A stretch of DNA of 64,000 nucleotides, taken from an uncultured Gemmatimonadales bacterium (GTDB lineage: Bacteria > Gemmatimonadota > Gemmatimonadetes > Gemmatimonadales > GWC2-71-9). Shown piece after piece: positions 40,164-50,381 of this stretch (position 1 is its first letter; each line of letters begins with the position of its first letter). The notes under the pieces were generated by a model. The model saw only the letters and a list, made by a program, of their open reading frames with translations. It had not been told where the DNA came from and did not search any database. Both the position numbers and the translations under genes were made by a program. The DNA lies in the NCBI GenBank assembly GCA_963779755.1, contig CAVZZO010000001.1, forward strand, positions 2,080,001 to 2,144,000, in the 5' to 3' direction.

Positions 40164-40228
40164 GGAATGGGGGTTGAAGGGGCACCGCTTGACCTCCTCG
40201 ACCCTCTCGACCCCCTCGACCTGTTGAC
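40149..40228. repeat. 7-mer (AGGAGTG) array followed by 9-mer (TCGACCCnC) array
   Basis: AGGAGTC AGGAGTG AGGAATG ... TTGACCTCC TCGACCCTC TCGACCCCC TCGACCTGT. Confidence 0.7.
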
Positions 40229-40271
40229 GAGCGCAGCGATCTCCACGAGCACTCACGACCAGACGAACGGT

Positions 40272-41717
40272 ATGGCCGATACAAAGATCACCCCCCGCGC
40301 CCAGGACTTCAGCGCCTGGTATAACGACGTCATCATGCGGGCCGAGCTGGCGGACTACAGTCCGGTGCGCGGCTGTATGGTGATCCGTCCCAACGGCTAC
40401 GCCATCTGGGAGCAGATGCAGCGCGCCCTGGACGACATGTTCAAGGCCACCGGGCATCAGAACGCCTATTTCCCGCTGTTCATTCCGCAGAGCTTCCTGG
40501 CGCGGGAAGCGGAGCACGTGGAGGGGTTCGCTCCCGAGACGGCGGTGGTCACCCACGGCGGCGGCAAGGAGCTGGAGGAGCCGCTGGTGGTGCGGCCGAC
40601 CTCGGAGACCATCATCTATGCCATGTTCAGCAAGTGGATCCAGAGCTATCGCGATCTCCCGCTGCTGATCAACCAGTGGGCCAACGTGGTGCGCTGGGAG
40701 CTACGCACGCGGCTCTTTCTGCGCACCACCGAATTCCTCTGGCAGGAGGGCCATACCGCCCACGCCTCGGAGGCGGAGGCGGAGACGGAGACGGTCCGGA
40801 TGCTGGGCGTGTACCGCACCTTCATGGAAGAATGGATGGCTATGCCGGTGCTCACCGGCCTCAAGACCCCCGCCGAGAAGTTCGCCGGCGCCCTCCGGAC
40901 CTACGCCTGCGAAGCGCTGATGCAGGACAACCGCGCGCTGCAGGCCGGCACCAGCCACAACCTGGGACAGAACTTCGCCCGCGCGTTCGACGTGACCTTC
41001 CAGACCGCCGAGGGCGGCCTGGACCATGTCTGGAGCACCTCGTGGGGCGTCTCCACCCGCCTGGTGGGTGCGCTCATCATGACGCACGGCGACGACAAGG
41101 GGATGGTGTGTCCTCCCCGGCTGGCGCAGCATCAGGTGGTCATCGTCCCCATCTACAAACAGGACGAAGAACGCGCCGGGGTCCTGGAGGCGGCGGAACG
41201 GATGCGGCAGGAGCTGGCCGCCGCGGGTCTGCGCTGCCATCTCGATGCCCGGGAAGGGATGACCCCGGGAGCCAAGTACTACGAATGGGAGGCCCGGGGA
41301 ACCCCGCTGCGCCTGGAGCTGGGGCCGCGCGATCTGGCGGGCGGGACCGTCATGCTGGCACGCCGCACCGGCGGCCGGAAGGAGCCGTTGCCGCGGGCCG
41401 GCCTCGCGGCCCGGCTGCTGGAGGAGAGCGACACCATGCAGCAGACGCTGCTGGCCGCCGCCCGGGAGCGGCGGGAGGCCAACTCGGCTCGTGACCTGAA
41501 CCGGGAGCAGTTCCTCGAGTTCATCAACGGGCCCGGCGGGTTCGCCTACGGCGGGTACTGCGGCAATGAACGCTGCGAAGCCGAAATCAAGGAAGCCACC
41601 AAGGCCACCATCCGGGTGCTGCCCGATGCCGAGTTCCGTTCGGCCGTCCCGCCGGAGCACTGCATGTGGTGCGGCGGCGCCAGCGTGGCCGAGGCGGTGT
41701 GGGCGAAGGCGTACTGA
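40272..41717 (+). CDS. proS: proline--tRNA ligase (archaeal/eukaryote-like type)
   Basis: [37 protein letters not shown]-terminal AKAY. Confidence 0.96.
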   Translation: MADTKITPRAQDFSAWYNDVIMRAELADYSPVRGCMVIRPNGYAIWEQMQRALDDMFKATGHQNAYFPLFIPQSFLAREAEHVEGFAPETAVVTHGGGKELEEPLVVRPTSETIIYAMFSKWIQSYRDLPLLINQWANVVRWELRTRLFLRTTEFLWQEGHTAHASEAEAETETVRMLGVYRTFMEEWMAMPVLTGLKTPAEKFAGALRTYACEALMQDNRALQAGTSHNLGQNFARAFDVTFQTAEGGLDHVWSTSWGVSTRLVGALIMTHGDDKGMVCPPRLAQHQVVIVPIYKQDEERAGVLEAAERMRQELAAAGLRCHLDAREGMTPGAKYYEWEARGTPLRLELGPRDLAGGTVMLARRTGGRKEPLPRAGLAARLLEESDTMQQTLLAAARERREANSARDLNREQFLEFINGPGGFAYGGYCGNERCEAEIKEATKATIRVLPDAEFRSAVPPEHCMWCGGASVAEAVWAKAY

Positions 41718-43033
41718 TGGCGGGCAAGACGGCAGGACGGCAGGACGGCAGGGTGGATACGCAGGCGCTGTTGCGCGACGCCGGCATCGAGTGGCAGGGC
41801 GGATGCCTGGCCATGGCCGGGGTGTCGCTGGAGCGGATCGCGGACGAGGTGGGCACGCCGGTGTTCGTCTACAACGCCGAGGTGGTCCGGGTCCGCTACC
41901 TGGCGCTGACGCGGGCGCTCGAGGGGCTGCCGCACCGGCTGCACTATGCGGTGAAGGCCAACAGCAATCTCGCCATCCTCCACCTGCTCTACGGTCTGGG
42001 CGCCGGCGCCGATATCGTCTCGGCGGGCGAGATGCACCGGGCACTGGCGGCGGGCGTGGCGCCGGATCACATCGTCTTCAGCGGGGTGGGGAAGTCACGC
42101 GACGAGCTGCGGCAGGCGGTAGCGGCGCAGCTGGCGCACATCAACGTCGAGTCGCTGGAAGAGTTGGAGCTGCTGGAGGAAGTCGCCCGTGAGGCGGGGC
42201 GGCGGGTGCCGGTCGGCATCCGGGTGAATCCGGATGTGACGGCCGAAACCCATCCCTACATCAGCACCGGGAAGAGCGGCATCAAGTTCGGGGTGCCCAG
42301 CGATCAGGTGGAGGCCGCGGCCGACCTGATCCGCGCCTCCCGCCGGCTGGAGCTGGTCTGCCTCGCCATGCATCTGGGAAGCCAGCTGAGCTCACCCGAG
42401 CCCTACGCCAACGGCATCGAGCGTCTGCTGGAGATGCTGGCGGCCGTGCGGGCGCGAGGCCTTGGGTCGGTGCATTCCCTGGATATCGGCGGCGGCCTGG
42501 GCATCCGCTACGCCGGCGAGGATGAGATGGACCTCGCGGCCTTCGCCCGGGCGGTGATACCCCCGCTCCAGGCCACCGGCCTGACCGTGTGCCTGGAACC
42601 GGGCCGGTTTCTGGTGGGGAGCGCCGGAGTGCTGCTGGGCAGCGTGCTGTATCGCAAGCACTCGGGGGGCAAGGAATTCGTGGTCGGTGATGCCGCCATG
42701 AACGACCTGCTGCGGCCCAGCCTGTATCATGCCCATCACGAGATCGTCCCGCTGGCTGCGCACACCGGCGAGCTGGCCACCCGCGACGTGGTCGGGCCCA
42801 TCTGTGAGACCGGCGATTTTCTCGCCCTGGAACGCCCGCTGCCGGCGCTGGAGCGGGGGGAACGGTTCGCGGTCCTGGGAGCGGGCGCCTACGGGTTCGT
42901 CATGAGCTCCAACTACAATACCAGGCCCCGGGCCCCGGAGGTGCTGGTGGATCGGGGGCGCCACGCGGTGATCCGGCCACGGGAGCCGCTGGAGCAACTC
43001 TGGGCCGGCGAAGTCGTCTCTCCTTTCAATTGA
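41717..43033 (+). CDS. lysA: diaminopimelate decarboxylase
   Basis: [38 protein letters not shown]. Confidence 0.96.
   Translation: MAGKTAGRQDGRVDTQALLRDAGIEWQGGCLAMAGVSLERIADEVGTPVFVYNAEVVRVRYLALTRALEGLPHRLHYAVKANSNLAILHLLYGLGAGADIVSAGEMHRALAAGVAPDHIVFSGVGKSRDELRQAVAAQLAHINVESLEELELLEEVAREAGRRVPVGIRVNPDVTAETHPYISTGKSGIKFGVPSDQVEAAADLIRASRRLELVCLAMHLGSQLSSPEPYANGIERLLEMLAAVRARGLGSVHSLDIGGGLGIRYAGEDEMDLAAFARAVIPPLQATGLTVCLEPGRFLVGSAGVLLGSVLYRKHSGGKEFVVGDAAMNDLLRPSLYHAHHEIVPLAAHTGELATRDVVGPICETGDFLALERPLPALERGERFAVLGAGAYGFVMSSNYNTRPRAPEVLVDRGRHAVIRPREPLEQLWAGEVVSPFN
41722..41752 (+). repeat. tandem 8-mer (GGCAGGAC) array in the lysA 5' end
   Basis: GGCAAGAC GGCAGGAC GGCAGGAC GGCAGG. Confidence 0.8.
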
Positions 43034-43040
43034 GGCCCGC

Positions 43041-44597
43041 ATGACCTCGCACCACCCCGGGATCCTGATCATCGACTTCGGGTCGCAGTTCACGCAGCTC
43101 ATCGCGCGCCGGGTGCGCGAGGCGCATGTCTATTGCGAAATTCATCCGCCCAACCGTACCGTCGAATGGATCCGGGAATGGGCGCCGCAGGGTATCATCC
43201 TCTCCGGCGGCCCGGCATCGGTCTACGGGGAGAACGTGCCAACCGCCGATCCGGAGCTCCTGCGGCTGGGGGTGCCGGTGCTGGGCATCTGCTACGGCAT
43301 GCAGGTGATGGCGCACCTTGCCGGCGGCCAGGTGGTGCAGGCGGCGCGGCGCGAATACGGCCGGGCGGTGGTGCGGGTGGAGGGCGGGGCGTTGTTCCAG
43401 AGCTTCCAGCCGGGCGAAGAGACGCCGGTGTGGATGAGCCACGGCGATCACGTCAGCAGTCCGCCGCCCGGCTATCGTACCGTGGCCTCGAGCGAGAACT
43501 CGCCTATCGCGGCCATCGAGGACCCGAGCCGCAGGCTCTACGGCATCCAGTTCCATCCTGAGGTGGCCCATACACCCCGGGGCGGGGAACTGCTCAACGC
43601 GTTTCTGTTCGATATCTGCGGCTGTACTCCCGACTGGACCGCGGGCCACTTCATCGAGGGTGAAATCGACCGCATCCGCGAGCAGGTGGGGCGGGAGCGC
43701 CGGGTCATCTGCGGGCTGTCCGGCGGCGTGGATTCGTCGGTGGCTGCGGCCCTGGTGCACCGGGCGGTGGGCGACCGGCTCACCTGCATCTTTGTGGATC
43801 ATGGGCTGCTGCGGCTGCACGAACGGGAACAGGTCGAGCACACCTTCCGGCAGCATCTGGGCATCGATCTGCGGGTGGTGGACGCCGGCGCGCAGTTCCT
43901 GGGGCGGCTCGAAGGCATCACCGACCCGGAAGAGAAGCGGCGCCGGATCGGGCATACCTTCATCGATGTCTTCGAGGCGGCCGCGCGCGAGGTGGGCGAC
44001 AACGTCGGTTTCCTGGTGCAGGGCACGCTCTATCCCGACGTGATCGAATCCCTCTCGCCCCGCGGCGGCCCCTCGGTGACCATCAAGACCCACCACAACG
44101 TCGGCGGCCTGCCCGAGCGCCTGCCGTTCGCGCTGATCGAGCCGCTGCGCGAACTGTTCAAGGACGAAGTGCGCCAGGTCGGCCGGGAGCTGGGACTGCC
44201 CGAGGAGATGGTCGGGCGGCACCCGTTTCCGGGGCCCGGCCTGGCGATCCGCATTCTGGGCGAAATTACTCCTGCGCATCTGGAGATCCTGCGCCACGCC
44301 GACGCGATTTATATCGAGGAGATCCGGGCCGCCGGTCTCTACGATGACATCTGGCAGGCCTTCGCGGTGCTGCTTCCGGTCCGATCGGTCGGGGTCCAGG
44401 GCGATTATCGCAGCTACGACCAGGCGATCGCGCTCCGGGCGGTTACCAGCCGCGACGGGATGACGGCCGACTGGTTCCCCTTTCCGCCCGATGTGCTGGG
44501 GCTCATTTCCAACCGGATTGCCAACGAGGTCGCCGGGGTCAACCGGGTGGTCTACGACGTCAGCTCGAAACCGCCGGCGACGATCGAATGGGAGTGA
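43041..44597 (+). CDS. guaA: GMP synthase (glutamine-hydrolysing)
   Basis: [33 protein letters not shown]. Confidence 0.98.
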   Translation: MTSHHPGILIIDFGSQFTQLIARRVREAHVYCEIHPPNRTVEWIREWAPQGIILSGGPASVYGENVPTADPELLRLGVPVLGICYGMQVMAHLAGGQVVQAARREYGRAVVRVEGGALFQSFQPGEETPVWMSHGDHVSSPPPGYRTVASSENSPIAAIEDPSRRLYGIQFHPEVAHTPRGGELLNAFLFDICGCTPDWTAGHFIEGEIDRIREQVGRERRVICGLSGGVDSSVAAALVHRAVGDRLTCIFVDHGLLRLHEREQVEHTFRQHLGIDLRVVDAGAQFLGRLEGITDPEEKRRRIGHTFIDVFEAAAREVGDNVGFLVQGTLYPDVIESLSPRGGPSVTIKTHHNVGGLPERLPFALIEPLRELFKDEVRQVGRELGLPEEMVGRHPFPGPGLAIRILGEITPAHLEILRHADAIYIEEIRAAGLYDDIWQAFAVLLPVRSVGVQGDYRSYDQAIALRAVTSRDGMTADWFPFPPDVLGLISNRIANEVAGVNRVVYDVSSKPPATIEWE

Positions 44598-44620
44598 AGG
44601 GGGGAACAGGCGAGAGAGGC

Positions 44621-44696
44621 GGGGACAAGGGACAGGAGACCAGCGATCAGGGACAGGGCCCGGGGGCGGGCGCCCTGTCCCCTGTTTCTTGTCCCT
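44621..44696. repeat. inverted 7-nt tandem-repeat element (GGGACAG / CTGTCCC) between convergent genes
   Basis: GGGACAA GGGACAG GAGACCA GCGATCA GGGACAG ... CTGTCCC CTGTTTC TTGTCCC. Confidence 0.8.
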
Positions 44697-45151
44697 CAGG
44701 CCCCCTTCTCTTCCAGCAGGGCAAAGAATTCCTCGACGGTTTCGAGCTTCGCCATCCGCTCCGGCACGTCCGGCTCCTTGGCGAACTGGGCAATGCGCGC
44801 CAGCACCGGCAGGTACTGGTTGGAGACCTCCACCGGGGGCGCCGCGATCAGGAAAATGAAGTGCACCGGCTGGTCGTCGATGGCGTGATATTCCACTCCC
44901 GGCACGCTGCGGCCAAAGGCCAGCCGCAGGCGGTCCATCACGGGCGAGCGGCAGTGCGGAATGGCCACGCCGTTGCCCACGCCGGTCGAGCCCAGATTCT
45001 CCCGCCGCCTGGCAATCTTGAACAGCGCCTGCGTCGCCTCGTCGTCCAGCCGGAGCAGGCGGATGACTTCGAGCAGGACGTCTTCCTTGGCGCTACTGGT
45101 AAGGTGCAGGTCGGTCGCGTCGGGGGCCAGCAGATCCCGCAGCTTTATCAT
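44696..45151 (-). CDS. PTS IIA domain protein (PtsN/fructose-mannitol family)
   Basis: RRENLGSTGVGNGVAIPH phospho-His motif. Confidence 0.92.
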   Translation of the reverse strand: MIKLRDLLAPDATDLHLTSSAKEDVLLEVIRLLRLDDEATQALFKIARRRENLGSTGVGNGVAIPHCRSPVMDRLRLAFGRSVPGVEYHAIDDQPVHFIFLIAAPPVEVSNQYLPVLARIAQFAKEPDVPERMAKLETVEEFFALLEEKGA

Positions 45152-45234
45152 GCCTGATCCGGTGAGCGGAGAGTCGAAAGAGTGTCCGGATGAAGGGTGG
45201 CGGAAGCTAACCCCTGCGGGGAATGGGTGTCAAT
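45125..45234. repeat. 110-bp direct repeat, copy 1 (PTS IIA promoter, 5'UTR and first 9 codons)
   Basis: Ungapped match to 48101-48210 with 12 mismatches by hand count; holds minus-strand TTGACA-18 nt-TAGCTT. Confidence 0.9.
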
Positions 45235-45273
45235 TTGCCGCGCCGCCGCAGGGGCCTCGGCGCAGCAGACGGC

Positions 45274-45747
45274 TCACGACCGGGCGCGCCGCGCCTGGGC
45301 CGGCGCCGCCTTCGGCAGATTCGCATGCAGCTTGCGCACGGCGGCGTCCAGCGCGCCGAGCTCTTCATCCGTGAGGGTATCGAACGCCGCCGGCGGGCGG
45401 CTGTACTCGGAGAGCAGCGCAGCGGTCGCGACCGCGCCTTTTCGGGTCAGCGCGACGATCTTGACCCGGCGATCCCTTTTCGACACCCGCCGCTCTGCGT
45501 AGCCCAGCCGCACCAGCCGATCGACCAGCCATGTCGCCGTTGACGGATGACACTCGAGATCCTGCGCAAGTTTCGCGACGGGTTTGCCGCCCCGGTCGAG
45601 GGCGAAGAGCACCCGGGAGTCGTTCGGGGTCAGGCCGCGCTGCTGCAGGGCTTTCACGCGCTCGGGGCTGGTCCGCATCAGGACGTCCAGCATCAGACGC
45701 CATACATCGGCGGCCTGCGGAGGGGGCGCGTCGGAATGGTCTGCCAT
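45274..45747 (-). CDS. MarR-family transcriptional regulator
   Basis: LA..L.CHPST.T.LVDRLV..GYAERR...DRRVK.V.LT.KG. Confidence 0.92.
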   Translation of the reverse strand: MADHSDAPPPQAADVWRLMLDVLMRTSPERVKALQQRGLTPNDSRVLFALDRGGKPVAKLAQDLECHPSTATWLVDRLVRLGYAERRVSKRDRRVKIVALTRKGAVATAALLSEYSRPPAAFDTLTDEELGALDAAVRKLHANLPKAAPAQARRARS

Positions 45748-45788
45748 GGTGAAACAATGGCTCACAAAGGGGAATGCCACAACGGGGC

Positions 45789-45833
45789 TTGAAAGCCTCC
45801 CGGCGCATAATTACTTTGATAGCTCAAAGTAAT
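45789..45833 (+). promoter_or_regulatory. promoter with overlapping palindromic operator (putative MarR box)
   Basis: TTGAAA-17 nt-TACTTT; perfect ATTACTTTGA-TAGC-TCAAAGTAAT at 45810-45833. Confidence 0.75.
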
Positions 45834-45906
45834 GTGTGGAACGGCCGAGCGCCCGCGGTGACTGACGGCGCGGCACGCGAGGCCGGAGCAGCCACAGGAG
45901 AACATC

Positions 45907-47451
45907 ATGCCTCTCGATACTTCGGTCCTTATCGTCGGCGGCGGCCTGAACGGCCTGGCCATGGCCGCGCTGCTGGCCCGGCTGGGCGTCGATTGCGTGG
46001 TAGCCGAACGCCATACGTCGACCTCGATCCAGTACAAGTTTGCCGGTATCTCGCCCCGCAGCATGGAAATCTTCCGCCAGCTCGGCCTTGAGGAGGAGAT
46101 CCGCGCCAACCGGACCGGCGATCAGCAGGGCGGCGGTATCGCCCGCGGCCGGACGCTCTCGGACCCGGCTCTGGTGTGGGGGGGACCGGCATGGCCCGAT
46201 ACCTCCGACGTCAGCCCGACGCCCCCGGCGACCTGCGACCAGCACGTGCTCGAGCCGATCCTGAAGCGCTCCGCCGAGCGGCGGGGGGCGGAAATGCGAT
46301 TCGGGTGGGACTGCGTCCATGTCGAGGAAACGGCGGACGGCATCCAGGCCCGCCTGCAGAACCGCGCCGCCGGCGGGGAAGAGGAGGTGACAGCTCGCTA
46401 TCTGGTCGCGGCCGACGGTGCTAGCGGCACGTTGCGCGCAACGCTGGGGATCCCCCTGCATGGGCCGGGCCCGCTGCAGCACTGGATCAACATCATCTTC
46501 GACACCGACATGCCGGACGAGATCGGTGGCAGGCGCTTCACCTCATGCTTCGTCACGGAACTCAATGCGACCGTCACGCCCCGTCCCGGCGGGCGCTGGC
46601 TGCTTGCGCTGCAGTACTTTCCCGAAAATGGGGAGACGCCGGAGAACTTCGACCCCGGACGAACGCGCCTGCTGGTACGGCAAGCGGCCGGCCGCGATGT
46701 GCGGGCCGATCTCGTTGACGCGCGCGCCTGGACGGTTGCCGCGCAGGTGGCCGACCGCTTCCGGAGGAGCCGCGCCTTCCTGATCGGCGACTGTGCCCAT
46801 GTAATGCCCCCGACCGGGGCGTTCGGCGGCAACACCGGCATCCACGACGCGCAGAACCTCGCCTGGAAGCTGGCGCTGGTGCTTCGCGGCGCTGCCCCTC
46901 CCGAGTTGCTGGACGGCTACGACGCCGAGCGGCGCCCCGTGGTGGAGCGGACGCTGGACCAGGCGCTGGCACGCCTGCGAAAGTGGTTCAAGGACCCGGC
47001 CGGCCGGCTGCCGCCTGCGGTGGAGCTGGTCGAGGACTATGACGTGGTGTTCGGTCAACGCTACGACGCAGGCGCCGTCATCCCGGAGGGCCCGCCGCCG
47101 GCCCGGCCGTTCGAGCCGTTCCGGGAGCTTTCGGGGCGGCCCGGCACCCGCATGCCGCATGTGGTGGTCGACGACAGCGGGTCGTCGACCCTGGACCTGT
47201 CTGCGGGCGACCAGTACCTGCTGCTCACCGGCGGCCCGGGGTGGGCCTCGGCGGCGCGCGGCCTCGCCGATACCGGTGCGCCGCTCCAGGTCGTGTCGCC
47301 AAACGGGGCCTGGGAGGGGCGGTTCGACGTAACGCGAGATGGCGCGGTGCTGGTCCGGCCGGACGGCTTTGTCGCCTGGCGGGCGACCGAGGGCTCGTCC
47401 GCCCCTGCGGCGGACTTGAGCCGCGTCCTGCGCGAGCTCGCGAGTACCTAG
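45907..47451 (+). CDS. FAD-dependent aromatic monooxygenase (PheA/TfdB/RdmE-like)
   Basis: VLIVGGGLNG, LVAADG, GDCAHVMPPTGAFGGNTGIHDA.NL.WKL, LVRPDGFVAWR. Confidence 0.92.
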   Translation: MPLDTSVLIVGGGLNGLAMAALLARLGVDCVVAERHTSTSIQYKFAGISPRSMEIFRQLGLEEEIRANRTGDQQGGGIARGRTLSDPALVWGGPAWPDTSDVSPTPPATCDQHVLEPILKRSAERRGAEMRFGWDCVHVEETADGIQARLQNRAAGGEEEVTARYLVAADGASGTLRATLGIPLHGPGPLQHWINIIFDTDMPDEIGGRRFTSCFVTELNATVTPRPGGRWLLALQYFPENGETPENFDPGRTRLLVRQAAGRDVRADLVDARAWTVAAQVADRFRRSRAFLIGDCAHVMPPTGAFGGNTGIHDAQNLAWKLALVLRGAAPPELLDGYDAERRPVVERTLDQALARLRKWFKDPAGRLPPAVELVEDYDVVFGQRYDAGAVIPEGPPPARPFEPFRELSGRPGTRMPHVVVDDSGSSTLDLSAGDQYLLLTGGPGWASAARGLADTGAPLQVVSPNGAWEGRFDVTRDGAVLVRPDGFVAWRATEGSSAPAADLSRVLRELAST

Positions 47452-47603
47452 GTCGCGAGACTGTCACCCGTCGACGTGCCGGTTCGCCCGCCCCTCCCTT
47501 CTGGATAGCGAGCTGGAGACCGGAACCGTCATGAAGATCGACGGCCGACACGCGCTCATCTGAAGGGCCGGCCGCAAGCCGTCGAACAGACAGGAGACAC
47601 CCC

Positions 47604-48089
47604 ATGCCCAGCATCAGGCAGAAGATCAAGACGTTCCTCTGGTTTGAGGACCAGGCCGAGGACGCGGCGCGCTTCTACACGTCTCTGTTCGATAAGAGCC
47701 GGATAGTGAAGGTTGCGCGCTACACCGCCGCGAATCCCGACAAAGAAGGATCGGTCATGCTGGTGGAGTTCGAACTCGCCGGCCAGACGTTCTTCGCGCT
47801 GAATGGCGGGCCCAATGACCCTTTCAACGAATCCGTCTCGCTTCTGGTCGAATGTGACACCCAGGCCGAGGTCGACGCACTCTGGAGCCGTCTTACGGAA
47901 GGGGGCTCTGAAAGCCCCTGCGGGTGGCTCAGAGATCGCTATGGGTTGGCCTGGCAAATTGCCCCGAGGCGGCTGCTCGAACTGGTGACCAGCGACAATC
48001 CTGAGACGGCCGCCGCGGCGATGCGCGCCATGTTCGAGATGAAGAAGATCGTGATCGCCGATATCGAACGCGCCGTGCGGGGGCGGTAG
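47604..48089 (+). CDS. VOC/PhnB (3-demethylubiquinone-9 methyltransferase-like) protein
   Basis: FLWF.DQAE.AA.FY, ALNGGP, CGWL.DRYG..WQI, M..MKKI. Confidence 0.9.
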   Translation: MPSIRQKIKTFLWFEDQAEDAARFYTSLFDKSRIVKVARYTAANPDKEGSVMLVEFELAGQTFFALNGGPNDPFNESVSLLVECDTQAEVDALWSRLTEGGSESPCGWLRDRYGLAWQIAPRRLLELVTSDNPETAAAAMRAMFEMKKIVIADIERAVRGR

Positions 48090-48100
48090 CAGCCCGGGGC

Positions 48101-48210
48101 GGCCGGCAGATCCCGCCGCTGCGTCATGCCTGATCCGGTGTGCGGAGAGTCGAAAGAGCGTCCGGAGGAAGGGTGGCGGAAGCCAGCCGCTGCGGGGAAC
48201 GGGTGTCAAT
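48101..48210. repeat. 110-bp direct repeat, copy 2 (decayed)
   Basis: Offset 2976 bp from copy 1; -10 changed to TGGCTT; encodes MTQRRDLPA versus MIKLRDLLA. Confidence 0.9.
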
Positions 48211-49266
48211 GGGCGATGCGGCCGCATGCCGGGCTCGCCGGCTCTGCCTCACCAGCAGCAATCCCGCCAGCAGGGCCATCGTGCCACCCAGCAGGAGGTG
48301 GTAACTGGCCAGGCGCAGGGTCACCTGGAGCAGGTAGGCGACGACTGTAAGCCACTGGCCGGTGCTCTCGGAAATGGGCGGGCCGTGAATCTGCCGCAGC
48401 AGAGCATTGGGGTCGAGCCCCCTTCCGGTGAGCCAGACCGATCCGGCCACGACCGCCAGGACGCCGCCGGCCAGCACCAGAGGGCCGCCGACCCAGCCCA
48501 GGCCGGCCGCCCCCTCCTCCCGGTGCAGCGCGAAAAGCCCGGCCAGCGCGGCCAGCACCAGGGCGCAGCACAGGGGGAATTCCCGTCCCAGGAAGAGCGC
48601 CTCCTGAATACCCCGGTGCGCATCGGCGCTGAAGCGCGGGCGAACCGGGATGCTGTCCTTGCCGGTGGCAACCATGTGGTCGAGCTTGCGGTCCACGCTC
48701 TCGAGGATCGACTTCTGCACGAAGCCGGGAGGGCGACACTTCGGAAGGTCGTGCAGCTTCTTCCGCTCCGGAATGTCGGTGAACAGCTCCTTGATGCCCA
48801 TCCAGGCGATACCGGCAAACTGGCCCAGGTCGCATTCCGGCCGGCTCCTGAGCTTGGCCGCAATCAGCGTCTTGGCGTGCCCAACCACGACCGGCCGCTC
48901 CTGCTTCAGAGACACGAAGAACTGGAAGCTGTCCACCGGCGAACGGGGCACGTGGGCGACGATATCCTGGTGCACCTGGTGCGCCTTGGCGGCGACATCT
49001 TCCGGCGTGAAGCTGGTCTGGAGCAGGCGGGTGAGATCGCGCTCGGTAAGCTCCAGGACCGTGCCCCTGAGCTCCCGGATCACCGGATCCTTCTGCAACT
49101 CCAGAACGACGGCGGGGATGCCGGCCGCGTAGAGGTACTCGGGATCGAGATGCCCATCCACCAGCCCCGGCTGTTGCAGGAGCTGGAGGAACCAGGCCAT
49201 CGGGATCAGCAGGACACAGGCCAGGACCACGAACGTAGCCAGCGCCAGCGAGAGGGGGCGTTTCAC
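48124..49266 (-). CDS. hypothetical membrane protein
   Basis: 380-aa ORF with an N-terminal TM and three C-terminal hydrophobic segments. Confidence 0.7.
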   Translation of the reverse strand: MKRPLSLALATFVVLACVLLIPMAWFLQLLQQPGLVDGHLDPEYLYAAGIPAVVLELQKDPVIRELRGTVLELTERDLTRLLQTSFTPEDVAAKAHQVHQDIVAHVPRSPVDSFQFFVSLKQERPVVVGHAKTLIAAKLRSRPECDLGQFAGIAWMGIKELFTDIPERKKLHDLPKCRPPGFVQKSILESVDRKLDHMVATGKDSIPVRPRFSADAHRGIQEALFLGREFPLCCALVLAALAGLFALHREEGAAGLGWVGGPLVLAGGVLAVVAGSVWLTGRGLDPNALLRQIHGPPISESTGQWLTVVAYLLQVTLRLASYHLLLGGTMALLAGLLLVRQSRRARHAAASPIDTRSPQRLASATLPPDALSTLRTPDQA

Positions 49267-49397
49267 GTCTTGCCTATTCCATTCCGTTGTGCGAACCCTT
49301 CAACCTATGCCGGCAGGCCGGAGCGGCCCGTGAGCCCCGTTACCCCGACCGGGTGATGTCCATTGCCGGGGAGGGAGGCGGCAAGTATTTTCACCGC

Positions 49398-50381
49398 ATG
49401 CAGTTGCCCTACGCTCCTGGGGTATCCATCCCCCTGATTCTGGCCCCGATGGCGGGGGTCTCCGAAGCGCCGTTCCGGCAGGTCTGCCGGAGCCTGGGCG
49501 CCGATGTGCTCATGACCGAGTTTCTCTCGGCCGAGGCCATCCGGCGGGGAATCCGCAAGACCCTGGAGGGAGCGGAGTTCGAGCCGGTCGAGCGCCCCAT
49601 CGGAGTGCAGATCTACGGCGCCGACCCGGAGGCCATGGCCCGCGCCGCCGCCGTGGTGAGCGAGGCCTACGAGCCCGAATTCATCGACATCAATTTCGGC
49701 TGCCCGGTAAAGAAGGTCGTGAAGCGCAACGGCGGCTCGGGCTGCCTGCGCGACCTGGGCCTGGTGGACCGGATCATCCGTGCGGTGTCTGCCGCTACGC
49801 ATTTGCCCGTCACGGTGAAGACCCGCAGTGGCTGGAACGATGAAGGGCGCGACCCGGTCGGCATCGCTTTGCGGATGCAGGATGCCGGGGCGCGGGCCTT
49901 TACACTGCACGCCCGGACGCGCACCCAGATGTTCACCGGCAGGGCCGACTGGGATGAAATCGCCCGCGTGGTTGAAGCGCTGGAGATCCCGGTTATCGGC
50001 AACGGAGACATCCGGAACGGCGGGGACATCCTCGCCCTGCAGCGGCACACCGGGTGCGCCGGCCTGATGGTGGGCCGCGGCTCCTTCGGCAACCCCTGGA
50101 TCTTCCGCGCTGGCCGGGCGCTGCTTCAGGGCCACGCGATCCCGCCGGCCCCCACCGCCGCGGAGCGCTTCGCGGTGGTGCGGCAGCACGCCCGCCTGGC
50201 CCTGCGACTTCAGGGGGACAGCCGGCGCACGGTGGTGGAGTTCCGCAAGCACCTGGGCTGGTATACCAGGGGGCTGCCCGGTGCGGCGGCGCTGCGGGCG
50301 CGGCTCTTTCAGGTGGAGTCCATGGCCGAGGCGGAGGCGGTGTTCGGGAACTACCTCGAGCCCGTCGCCCAGGTGGCGTGA
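49398..50381 (+). CDS. dusB: tRNA dihydrouridine synthase
   Basis: LAPMAGV, IDINFGCP, LHART, VIGNGDI, GNPWIF. Confidence 0.95.
   Translation: MQLPYAPGVSIPLILAPMAGVSEAPFRQVCRSLGADVLMTEFLSAEAIRRGIRKTLEGAEFEPVERPIGVQIYGADPEAMARAAAVVSEAYEPEFIDINFGCPVKKVVKRNGGSGCLRDLGLVDRIIRAVSAATHLPVTVKTRSGWNDEGRDPVGIALRMQDAGARAFTLHARTRTQMFTGRADWDEIARVVEALEIPVIGNGDIRNGGDILALQRHTGCAGLMVGRGSFGNPWIFRAGRALLQGHAIPPAPTAAERFAVVRQHARLALRLQGDSRRTVVEFRKHLGWYTRGLPGAAALRARLFQVESMAEAEAVFGNYLEPVAQVA

Noticed and set aside
40167..40271. N-terminal extension of ProRS ([13 protein letters not shown])
   Set aside because: It is a translation of the 9-mer repeat array; homology begins at ATG 40272.
21017..41752. Short repeat arrays as CRISPR
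   Set aside because: Units are 7-9 nt and contiguous, with no unique spacers and no cas genes.
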